A stretch of 64,000 nucleotides of DNA, taken from IMG/VR virus record IMGVR_UViG_2872728642_000001, positions 16,810-80,809 of that record; one strand, written 5' to 3'. Under the pieces are notes generated by a model. The model searched no databases and was not told where the DNA came from. It saw only the letters and a list, made by a program, of their open reading frames with translations. Source of the stretch: a virus (Duplodnaviria > Caudoviricetes). Both the position numbers and the translations under genes were made by a program. Below, piece after piece: positions 54,539 to 62,427 of the stretch (the stretch's first letter is position 1; every line of letters starts with the position of its first letter).

Positions 54539-55263
54539 TCGGGCTCTCCCTCGCGCGGGATGAGGTCGATGACGGCGACTGTCGTGTTGTCGCGGCCACG
54601 GCCCTGCCTGGCCATGTCGAGCAGCGACGCCGCGACGTACTCGCCGGACAGGTCCGGCGCGGCCATGCGCGCCAGGTCGTCGAGCATCGCGTTCATGTGG
54701 TCGGCCCGCCCAGCGAGCGGCAGGTGCGCGGTCAGACCGTCCGAGGCGAGGATGATGCGGGCGTAGTCGTCGGTGTAGATGAGCAGCCGGTGCGGCCAGG
54801 TGCCTTCGCCCTCGTGCTTCTCCTCGACGTTGCACGGAGTCCCGCACGGGTGGCAGGAGGGCACGGTCAGCGGGATGACCTTGCCGTCCTGGAGCACGGC
54901 CCAGGCGGGTGAGTCGCCGGCCCAGGCCATGTCGAGCAGCCCTGGGGTGATCGCGGCGACGACCGCCGTGGTGATGCCTTCCTGACCGGGAGGGGCGTCC
55001 TCGTTGCGCTGCTGCAGGTAGGTGCGGGCCGCGTGCAGGCCCTGGACACCGCTGTTGGTGGAGCCGGTGACCGCCGCGGCGATCTGCGCGCTGATCTGGG
55101 CGGCGTCGGCCGCGTCGGAGTCGTCGCCCGCGCCGTCACACACCGCGACGGCCAGCGCCCAGGAGCCGTCGAGGACGGCCACGTAGTCGGCCTGGGTGTG
55201 GCGGCTGTTCTGGATGCTGTCGTAGAAGACGCGGGCGACGCCCGGCACGTACAGGAGGGGCAT
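54535..55263 (-). CDS. PP2C/PPM-family Ser/Thr protein phosphatase
   Basis: 'QAD', 'AVCDGAG', 'TTAV', 'WAGDS', 'LASDGL', 'DNTTVAVI'. Confidence 0.88.
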   Translation of the reverse strand: MPLLYVPGVARVFYDSIQNSRHTQADYVAVLDGSWALAVAVCDGAGDDSDAADAAQISAQIAAAVTGSTNSGVQGLHAARTYLQQRNEDAPPGQEGITTAVVAAITPGLLDMAWAGDSPAWAVLQDGKVIPLTVPSCHPCGTPCNVEEKHEGEGTWPHRLLIYTDDYARIILASDGLTAHLPLAGRADHMNAMLDDLARMAAPDLSGEYVAASLLDMARQGRGRDNTTVAVIDLIPREGEPE

Positions 55264-55274
55264 GGGATTGCCTT

Positions 55275-55553
55275 TCAGTTGTTCCAGCCCTGCTCGGGCA
55301 GGCAGTTGAGGAGGCCGATGATCTGGGTCGCGCCGTCGCGCTTGCGGGTGCTGAGGTTGGTCTGCCAGGTGAGGGAGATCCGCAGGGCGCGGCCCTTGGC
55401 GGCGGAGACGTCGAGGGTGCCGAAGTACAGGCCGCGGCTGAGCCGGAGCTGGTAGATGCGGCGGTACGGCTCATTGGGAATGTTCACGGTGAACCCGTCA
55501 GCGCGGAGCCGGTTGATGATTCCGGACGCGCTGCGGTTGGGCTGCATAGGCAT
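55275..55553 (-). CDS. Hypothetical basic protein (92 aa)
   Basis: RBS GAGGA; ORF in the operon. Confidence 0.55.
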   Translation of the reverse strand: MPMQPNRSASGIINRLRADGFTVNIPNEPYRRIYQLRLSRGLYFGTLDVSAAKGRALRISLTWQTNLSTRKRDGATQIIGLLNCLPEQGWNN

Positions 55554-55627
55554 GGTGCTGGTCCTCTCGTGGGCAGCGCCGAGCCGCCCCGGGCCGCCGC
55601 CCCTGGGGCAGGGCAAGGTGTGATCGG

Positions 55628-55795
55628 CTAGTTCCAGTTGATGGAGCAGGCGACGTGGTGTTCCTTCGGGGGCGCGTCGGCGCGCGCCCAGCAGTCGCCG
55701 CACTGGTCGTGGATCTCGACGGGGAACACGCTGGTGATGGTTTCCGGCTCCTGTTCGGTGACGTGACGGTCCCGATCGGCGGCTGGACTGTTCAC
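55628..55795 (-). CDS. Small Cys/His protein (55 aa)
   Basis: RBS AAAGGGGAG; H-x2-C-x2-C...H-x3-C. Confidence 0.45.
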   Translation of the reverse strand: MNSPAADRDRHVTEQEPETITSVFPVEIHDQCGDCWARADAPPKEHHVACSINWN

Positions 55796-55935
55796 GAATG
55801 CTCCCCTTTCGGGCGGTCTCTCTCGGCCGGATACGTGCGTTACGCTGGACGGCACTGGGTCTTCGTGGCGATGAAGACTTTGTGGTGTTGGGATGGCCGG
55901 GCCTGTGGCAGGCCCGGCCATCGGCGTTCCCGCGC

Positions 55936-56502
55936 CTACGCGAGGGCCATGACGCGCAGCGCCGCCGGGTTGACCGGCTCGACCCACACGCCTTCAGGCA
56001 GCGGAACCGGCTCGTACTCCACCGGCGAGCAGTCCAGCCGGCCGCCGTGGCTGGCCAGGAACGTCCAGTCGTCCAGGCCGTGATCCCAGACGATGACGCG
56101 ACCGCTGCCGTCGTCCCAGTCGGCGTCCATGACCTGCGGCCAATAGTTGCGGTCGCCGTGGAAGTGCTCGCCGATCGCGTCGGCGATCTGCTGTGCCAGC
56201 TCGTCACTGATCTCGGTGATGATGGCGTTCGTCGAGGTAATCGTGTTGATTGCGGTACCGATTTCGCCGGTGCGAGTCGCCAGCATGGCGTCGAACAGCG
56301 TGGAGCCTTCCTGCATCGCGTGCCGGATCGCCTCGTCGGCGTGGACTGGGCCCCAGTCTGCGGTCTCCATGATGGCGACGAGAGCTCGCCGGGCGTGCCC
56401 GTACGGGCCGGGGTCGCGGGCGAGCTTCTGGTTATCGGCCTGGTTGAGGCGGCGCAGGACGAGCAGCAGGTCTTCGGCGATGCCACGGGTGGTGGTGTCC
56501 AT
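55936..56502 (-). CDS. Hypothetical protein (188 aa)
   Basis: ORF with good codon bias. Confidence 0.65.
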   Translation of the reverse strand: MDTTTRGIAEDLLLVLRRLNQADNQKLARDPGPYGHARRALVAIMETADWGPVHADEAIRHAMQEGSTLFDAMLATRTGEIGTAINTITSTNAIITEISDELAQQIADAIGEHFHGDRNYWPQVMDADWDDGSGRVIVWDHGLDDWTFLASHGGRLDCSPVEYEPVPLPEGVWVEPVNPAALRVMALA

Positions 56503-56525
56503 GATGTTCCGTTCGGGTGACGGGG

Positions 56526-56675
56526 TCAGATGAGACCCATGGCGAGCAGGGGCGAGACGTGGCCGTCCGGGCAGGAGCCGTCCACCTCGATCTCGTAGCC
56601 GTCCGGGCAGATCGGGGTGTCGCCGTAGACGCTCCACTCCCAGCCCTCGGGCAGGTCGATCAGGTCACTCAGCAT
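56526..56675 (-). CDS. Small acidic protein (49 aa, MLSDLIDLPEGWEW...CPDG...CPDGHVSPLLAMGLI)
   Basis: Read by hand (below the ORF-track cutoff); RBS GAAAGGA. Confidence 0.6.
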   Translation of the reverse strand: MLSDLIDLPEGWEWSVYGDTPICPDGYEIEVDGSCPDGHVSPLLAMGLI

Positions 56676-56697
56676 GTTCGTTGGTCCTTTCGTGCGG

Positions 56698-57756
56698 TCA
56701 GTGGCCGGTGTTGGCGCAGACGGGCTTGCCGTGCGTCGTGCGGGAGAGGGCGGGACCGTCGCAGGTGCGGCAGGTGGCGCGCTCGCTGATCACGTCGAGC
56801 GCGGTGTCGATCGCCGCGCACGCTGCGGCGAACAGGCGCCGCTTGCAGTCGAGACCGGCGTTGCCCCGGACGACCTGCTCGTAGTCGAGCCGGTCGTCCA
56901 CGGCGGCGCGGGTGGCGCTGGTCAGCAGCAGCTCGACGCCCGTGTGGTCGAGGCCCCACTTAGCGGGGTCGGTGGCCTGGGCGGCGGTGAACGTGGCCAC
57001 GAGGAGCGCGTCCATCAGCGAGCCGCGCTCGTCGAGCTTCTTCCGGCCAGCGATGTAGTACGGCATGGGGCGGCCGTCGTGGTATTCGACGGCGGGCGGC
57101 GTCTTCTGCGGGTCGGTCGGGGCGACCTCGTGGGCGTCGTTGTCGGGGTGACTGTCGCTCTCGCCCGTCAGCTTCCAGCCGTTACGGTCGAGCAGACCGT
57201 CCAGCGCGAGTGCCTCGTTGCCGAGGGGGACGCCGGTGTCCAGGATGGCGACGATCTTCGGCAGGGGGAACAGCGTCGTCTCGCCGTCTTCGGTGTCCGC
57301 TTCGGCCTCGGCGATGGCCACCAGGTGGTGCGGCGGTAGGGACGCGCCGTCGAGGCCCAGGGCGAAGGTGTCGGGCTCGTCGATTGCCCTGGCCAGGTAG
57401 CGGGTGGCCGCGTCGGTCGCCTTGGTCGTGACGGGGGACGTCTCGGCCGGCTTGTTGCGCTCGCCGAGGTCGAAGACGACGTGCCGGAGGACGGTCATCT
57501 GACCTTCGGGGGTGAGGTCGTCGTACGTGGCGTCCTCCGGGTACGACGTGAGGCCGGTGTCCTTCTCGTAGGCGAAGTGGTGGGCGGCGGTCTGGGTGAC
57601 GGTGTGCAGGTTGTCCTCGTACTGGTCGGGGGTGGCCGGGTCGGTCAGGAGCCGGGCGATGGTTGCGAGCATCTGGCTGGTGGTGCCGCCCGCGTAGCGG
57701 AGTGCCTTGACTGTGATGAGCAGTTCGGTGTGGGTTCGGGCGATCATCGTGGTCAT
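56698..57756 (-). CDS. Hypothetical protein (352 aa, C-terminal CxxC...C)
   Basis: RBS AAGGG; first gene after the 57824 operator. Confidence 0.7.
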   Translation of the reverse strand: MTTMIARTHTELLITVKALRYAGGTTSQMLATIARLLTDPATPDQYEDNLHTVTQTAAHHFAYEKDTGLTSYPEDATYDDLTPEGQMTVLRHVVFDLGERNKPAETSPVTTKATDAATRYLARAIDEPDTFALGLDGASLPPHHLVAIAEAEADTEDGETTLFPLPKIVAILDTGVPLGNEALALDGLLDRNGWKLTGESDSHPDNDAHEVAPTDPQKTPPAVEYHDGRPMPYYIAGRKKLDERGSLMDALLVATFTAAQATDPAKWGLDHTGVELLLTSATRAAVDDRLDYEQVVRGNAGLDCKRRLFAAACAAIDTALDVISERATCRTCDGPALSRTTHGKPVCANTGH

Positions 57757-57823
57757 GTCGTTTCCCTTGTGACATGCCGCGACCCCGCGACCGTGGCGGT
57801 CGCGGGGCCGGAGCCTGTTGGTT

Positions 57824-57844
57824 GATTGCGGTGCCGCTATCAGC
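57824..57844 (-). promoter_or_regulatory. 21-bp operator-like motif copy
   Basis: GATTGCGGTGCCGCTATCAGC on +. Confidence 0.7.
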
Positions 57845-58170
57845 ACATCTTGTCGGGCATGTCCAGCCGGGCGGTGGTGCCGGTGGAGGCGTTCTGTCTG
57901 GCGTTTCGGCTGTTCAGAAGCGGTGTTTCGTGGTGTTTCGTCTCCGACGCTAACACATGCGAGGGGGTGGAGTAGATATTAAGGGGTGCGGTGATCAAGC
58001 TACTCCATAACGATCCGATTAACGCGTCAGACGCGCTCTAAGCGATTCAAAGCATCTGACGCGTTATATGTATCAGACGCACACCGAATGCTCGTCTCCG
58101 TTGATCTGACGCGCGTACAGCACGGGTCCAGAGGGTTTACGCTCCCCGGCTCTCGCCTTTACCGCGTAGA

Positions 58171-58494
58171 TCAGGATTTGTCGTTTTGTCGGTACGCGCG
58201 GGCCCGCATCCGCGCCCGCGCCAACGACACCCGGCGCCGCTCCGCCTCTTCGTCCTCCACCTTCGGCTCGACTTCCGGCGGCGAGGTCTCGACGAGCCGG
58301 GATTGCCCCTCGATCGACTGCTGCACCTTCGCGTCGATCCAGGCCCACCGCCCCTCCTCCACCACCCGGCGCGGACGCGCCGCCTCCTGTTCACGGGCAC
58401 GTATCGCCCGAGCAGCAGCCGGTGACGATCGCGCCAGCAGATCGCGTGCTCGCTGCGCCCGCTCGGCGTACTCGTCGCTCACGACGCCAGCCAC
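58171..58494 (-). CDS. Hypothetical charged protein (107 aa)
   Basis: Overlaps the end of the second rep gene. Confidence 0.55.
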   Translation of the reverse strand: MAGVVSDEYAERAQRARDLLARSSPAAARAIRAREQEAARPRRVVEEGRWAWIDAKVQQSIEGQSRLVETSPPEVEPKVEDEEAERRRVSLARARMRARAYRQNDKS

Positions 58495-59543
58495 CGAAGG
58501 CGCTCGGCCTCCCGCTGCAGCCGCTTCGCGTCCAACGCTGCGCGCGCCGCCCGGTAGGTCTCACCCGGGCCAGACGAGGAGCCCAGCTCTGCCGCAGGGG
58601 GGCCCGCGAGGGCTTCCGCTCTGCTCAGCCTCGGAGCAGGCTCGACCGGCCCACCGACGCGTCCAGCGTGCATCGCCTGCAGCCGCTCGTGCATGACGGC
58701 CTGCTCAGCGCGGAGCTGGGCGGCAGCCACAGCGAGCCGCTGCGACTTGCCGGGCAGAGGCCGGCCGTGCTCGTTCAGCCACGCCGACAGCCGGAACCGC
58801 ACCCAGCCCGGGACGTTGCGGATCTGGTCGCGGCTGGTCCAGGTGTACGTCCAGGCCGCCCCGTCCGGCTGGTGGTCGAGGGCGTGCAGCACGTCGGCGG
58901 CGGTCCAACCAGCAGCGACGAAGACCCTGGTCAGGTGCCGGATGTACCACGGGGACAGCCGCCGCAGGGTGGTGCTGGCGTCGTGGATCTTCTGGGCGAC
59001 CTGGAGCGCGTGCTTGCGAGTCCCCGGCGTGGCGGCGGTCTCGGTCGTCGTCGAGATTCGGTTTCGGCGGCGCGGAGATGATCTTTCCTCGCGCGCGTGC
59101 GTAGGACCTTCCTTGACTCTCTTAGGGAGAGTCAAGGAAGGGGGTTCAGTTGTCGTTTTGTCGGTGCGCGCGTCGCCTTCGTCCAGCTCGGGGGCAGGCG
59201 TGCAGAGCACCCAGACGGCCGCCCGGTTCCCCAGGCCGTCTTCGGTGAGCCCGAACTGGTTGCCTCTGCGGTAGCGGTTCGTGGTGCCCTCCTCGACGAC
59301 GCCGAGGAAGCCGCGCTCGCGGAGCCACCGGATCCAGCGCTTCACGGTGGACAGCGCCAGGTCGAGGTCATCAGCGATGCGCTGCTCGGTCGGGCGGGTC
59401 GTCAGCGTGGTCCAGTCGGCCCAGTCGGCGAGCTTGCCCGCTACCTCTGTCAGGTTGCGGTAGGCGTGGCACTTCAGCGCGAGCGCGTCAGGGTACTCCT
59501 TGACGGCGCGAAGGAACGCCTGCTGGGAGGGAGTGCGCCGCAT
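58479..59543 (-). CDS. Second replication-initiator-like wHTH protein
   Basis: 'ADWTTLTTRPTEQRIADDLDLALSTVKRWIRWLRERGFLGVVEEGTT' wHTH; internal 14-bp palindrome. Confidence 0.7.
   Translation of the reverse strand: MRRTPSQQAFLRAVKEYPDALALKCHAYRNLTEVAGKLADWADWTTLTTRPTEQRIADDLDLALSTVKRWIRWLRERGFLGVVEEGTTNRYRRGNQFGLTEDGLGNRAAVWVLCTPAPELDEGDARTDKTTTEPPSLTLPKRVKEGPTHAREERSSPRRRNRISTTTETAATPGTRKHALQVAQKIHDASTTLRRLSPWYIRHLTRVFVAAGWTAADVLHALDHQPDGAAWTYTWTSRDQIRNVPGWVRFRLSAWLNEHGRPLPGKSQRLAVAAAQLRAEQAVMHERLQAMHAGRVGGPVEPAPRLSRAEALAGPPAAELGSSSGPGETYRAARAALDAKRLQREAERLRWLAS
59108..59140. repeat. Perfect 14-bp inverted repeat inside the second rep gene (candidate origin element)
   Basis: CTTCCTTGACTCTC-TTAGG-GAGAGTCAAGGAAG. 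Confidence 0.7.
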
Positions 59544-59755
59544 GCCCTCGGGGACAGCCGACAGGACCGCCGCGCGGGATGGGCTGGACGAGGATTGTGA
59601 GGCGTTCGGCCGTGATGGGCGCCGGTGGTGCGGGCGCGCCGAGGGGAACGCTGGGCGAGGTGATATCTTCGGCTCCTAGCATCTGGGGCACCTCCCGATC
59701 GGCCTGGGCGACCAACCTGTGGGCCGGTCAGGGGTGCGGTGTCACTGGTGATGTG

Positions 59756-59790
59756 AAGGCGCTCTCCGCTTCGGCGGGGGGCGCCTTTTT
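59756..59790 (+). terminator. Intrinsic terminator on the + strand (antisense to the rep leader)
   Basis: AAGGCGCTCTCCGC-TTCG-GCGGGGGGCGCCTT then TTT; two G-U pairs form only in +strand RNA; cUUCGg loop. Confidence 0.7.
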
Positions 59791-60079
59791 CGTTCTCTGG
59801 CCTGGGGCGGCTCCTGAGGGGTGGCGACCTGGAGGGCTCTCGCCGTGTTCCGGCGGTCTCGTGTGATACAAATAATACAACTCGACGCGTCTGACGTGTC
59901 AGACACACCATAGCGCGCTCTCTGCGTCTATACGAGACGTGCGCGCAGAGATCACCAAGCGCGACGGGACGACCCCGCTGATGACGGGTTCACGCGGCCT
60001 CAGGCCCGCGACCAGGCGAAACCGTCAGACCGGAGCAGCCTCGCCGCGCGCCGACCCCCACCCCTCAAGGAGAAGCACG

Positions 60080-61354
60080 ATGGCCCGCGTCAAGGACCTG
60101 TGGTTCAAGACCGTGACGGACCCGAACGGCGCACAGAAGCGCGAACAGACCGCCCGGCACGGGAAAGGAAAGCGCTGGTTAGCGATCTGGACGAACCTCG
60201 AAGGCCGCGAGCAGACGAAGGCGTTCATCAAGAAGACGGAGGCCGAGAAGCACGGCTCGATGATGGAGGCCGACAAGATGCGGGGGAACTACATCGACCC
60301 GAACGGCGGCAAGACGCGCCTGGCTGCCCTCGTCGAGGGCGAGGAGGGCTGGCTGGCGTCCCTCACTGCCGACCCGTCCACCCGGCAGATCTACGAGATC
60401 TACTGGCGGGTGCACATCAAGCCGAAGTTCGGGCAGCGGGAGATCGGCTCACTCCGGCCGAGTGAGATCCGTGCTTGGGTCAAGCAGCTCGAGAAGCGGC
60501 TGGCGAAGAGCACGGCCAACCGCGTGCTGGCCTTTCTCGATCAGCTCCTGCAGAGCGCCGTGGATGATGACCTGATCGCCAAGAATCCGTGCGCGTCGAA
60601 GGTCGTCAAGAAGCCCAAGGCCGAGGCACGGAAGGTAGTGCCGTGGTCGATGCAGCGTCTGCAGGCGGTGACCGAGGCGCTTGCAGAGCGGTACCGGATC
60701 CTCGCGACCTTGGGCGCGGGTCTCGGGCTTCGCCAGGGCGAGATCTTCGGTCTGGCCGTGGACGACGTGGACTTTGACAAGGGCATCGTCCACATCCGGC
60801 AGCAACTGAAGATGCTCGACTCCAAGCTGCTGTTCGGGCTGCCGAAGCATGATCGCGAGCGGACGATTCCTCTGCCCGAGTCGGTTGCCCAGGTCCTACG
60901 GGAGTACCTGGGGCGGTTTCCGGCCCGGGAGGTCGCTCTGCCCTGGGAGGAACTGGACGGGGAGTTGATCACCTTGCGGCTGATCATCACCAGCCGGGAG
61001 TCCAAGGCGTTGAACCGCAACTACATCAACACCTACGTCTGGAAGCCCGCTCTTGTGCGGGCAGGCGTGGTCACTCAGGCGGATCTCGACGCGCGGGTGC
61101 CAGGGCGTCGGAACCAGAGGAACCGCAAGCACGGCATGCACGCCCTGCGGCACATGTACGCCAGCTTGCTGCTCGACGCCGGCGTGTCCGTCAAGGCCTT
61201 GGCCGAGTACCTGGGGCACATGGACCCTGGGTACACGCTCCGGGTGTACACGCACCTGATCGCTGGCACCGAAGGCCGGGCGGCGAACGTCATCGACACG
61301 GCGTTCCGCCATGAAGTCCCGGAGACCGGAACAGAGCCGGAACAGCACCCTTAA
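60080..61354 (+). CDS. int: Tyrosine integrase
   Basis: RBS AAGGAG; R (GLRQGE), K (PKH), HxxR (HALRH), LGH, Y (YTH); arm-binding and SAM-like N-domains. Confidence 0.95.
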   Translation: MARVKDLWFKTVTDPNGAQKREQTARHGKGKRWLAIWTNLEGREQTKAFIKKTEAEKHGSMMEADKMRGNYIDPNGGKTRLAALVEGEEGWLASLTADPSTRQIYEIYWRVHIKPKFGQREIGSLRPSEIRAWVKQLEKRLAKSTANRVLAFLDQLLQSAVDDDLIAKNPCASKVVKKPKAEARKVVPWSMQRLQAVTEALAERYRILATLGAGLGLRQGEIFGLAVDDVDFDKGIVHIRQQLKMLDSKLLFGLPKHDRERTIPLPESVAQVLREYLGRFPAREVALPWEELDGELITLRLIITSRESKALNRNYINTYVWKPALVRAGVVTQADLDARVPGRRNQRNRKHGMHALRHMYASLLLDAGVSVKALAEYLGHMDPGYTLRVYTHLIAGTEGRAANVIDTAFRHEVPETGTEPEQHP

Positions 61355-61390
61355 CGATCAAGGGATCAGCAGGTCAGTACAGCCTGTAGA

Positions 61391-61409
61391 TCACACCTAC
61401 GACGTGTGA
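61391..61409. other. Candidate att core (prophage boundary)
   Basis: TCACAC-CTACGAC-GTGTGA: 6-bp IR around a 7-bp overlap, 37 bp after the int stop; coincides with an orphan gene 3' end (VDHTYDV*) followed by a strong hairpin. Confidence 0.5.
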
Positions 61410-61438
61410 CGGCTGGTTCTCGTACAGAACCGGAACGC

Positions 61439-61473
61439 AACGGCCCGGCATCGGCTCGCGATGCCGGGCCGTT
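61439..61473 (+). terminator. Strong stem-loop on the host side of the att site
   Basis: 15-bp perfect IR AACGGCCCGGCATCG/CGATGCCGGGCCGTT. Confidence 0.75.
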
Positions 61474-61596
61474 TGCGCATGCACGACCGGGCTTCGAGCA
61501 GCCGATCCCGCGCCCGGACCGGCGCCGCGCACTATATTCCAAGACAGTGATGCGTCCTTGGCGTCCCGAGGAAGGTCGTGCGAGTTGCAGAATTTC

Positions 61597-62202
61597 GTGG
61601 ACCAGCTTCCCGCACTGATCGGCGTCCTGCTGGGCGCGGTCGGGACGTACAGCGTCACCGCGCTCACCGAGCACAAGAGGTGGAAACGGCAGCTCGCCAC
61701 CAGGTGGGACGAGCGGCGCGTGGTCGCTTACATGGACTACGCGCATGCCATCAAGAAGACCATCTCGATCTGCGTCAAACTGGCCTCCCAGCGGGGCGTG
61801 GGCGCCGAGCTGAACTTCCTGGCCCCGGAGTATTCCGATGCGGACCTGGCCGCGGCGGAGGAAGGCCGGACGGTGAGCTGGGAAGCCGTGCTGCTCTTCG
61901 GCAGCGACGAAGCGATCGCGGCCGGAAGAAGGTGGCACGAGGCCGTCTTCCGCTTGGAGCTGATCGCCACCGGGCAGGAGGCGGACCTGTCCTGGGATTC
62001 CGCGATCAAGGCGACGAGCCGTGCCCGCGGGGAGTTCTACAGAGTCGTCAAGCGTGAGATCGGCATGAGGGAGACAGGCGCGTCCGGCACCTACGACTGG
62101 CAGCTCAACACCTTTCTGGGCAGGCTGCCTGGCCCTCCGGCCGCCGAGAGCCTCCCGCCGGCCGGCCTCCGCCCGGGGCTGGACCGTTCAGGTGAGGCGT
62201 AG
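61597..62202 (+). CDS. Hypothetical host protein with N-terminal TM
   Basis: 'LIGVLLGAVGTY' TM then helical body. Confidence 0.65.
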   Translation: MDQLPALIGVLLGAVGTYSVTALTEHKRWKRQLATRWDERRVVAYMDYAHAIKKTISICVKLASQRGVGAELNFLAPEYSDADLAAAEEGRTVSWEAVLLFGSDEAIAAGRRWHEAVFRLELIATGQEADLSWDSAIKATSRARGEFYRVVKREIGMRETGASGTYDWQLNTFLGRLPGPPAAESLPPAGLRPGLDRSGEA

Positions 62203-62427
62203 CCCCGCACCGTGGCGATGAGCTCTCCGGATCGGTGTTGACCACCAGCGGCCACAGCAGGCTGCTCCCCCGCCGCCTGTCCAAGATCATCCCCTACGAG
62301 GCAGGCGACTGGCCCCGCGATACCGCAGAGCACACCTGTTGCATGGATTAGGACACGGAGCCGCGCGACAGCTCCTGCTTCACTTCACGGCGTACGAGAT
62401 TCCGTGAACAAGATCCAGGAGAAAACC

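Larger units (their letters stand above)
1..61410. mobile_element. Integrated temperate phage (prophage), right part; left end lies outside the window
   Basis: Capsid, scaffold, portal and terminase genes, repressor, RuvC, WhiB, recombination genes and a terminal tyrosine integrase; small overlapping minus-strand genes; host-type genes after ~61.5 kb. Confidence 0.95.

Noticed and set aside
1115-57844. 21-bp repeat as a CRISPR or other array
   Set aside because: Copies are kilobases apart, in both orientations, with no regular spacers and no cas genes; the Cas4-like nuclease is a phage exonuclease
59488-59715. 75-aa ORF as an excisionase or as a frameshifted N-terminus of rep #2
   Set aside because: No HTH/Xis pattern, Pro-rich low complexity, no slippery site identified; no excisionase could be assigned anywhere
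59939-60079. Longer integrase start given by the ORF track
   Set aside because: AAGGAG RBS precedes ATG 60080 and the MARVKDLW start fits integrase N-termini; the upstream extension is low-complexity
61355-61480. tRNA or tmRNA at the integration site
   Set aside because: No cloverleaf, T-loop (GTTCRA) or CCA end found by eye on either strand
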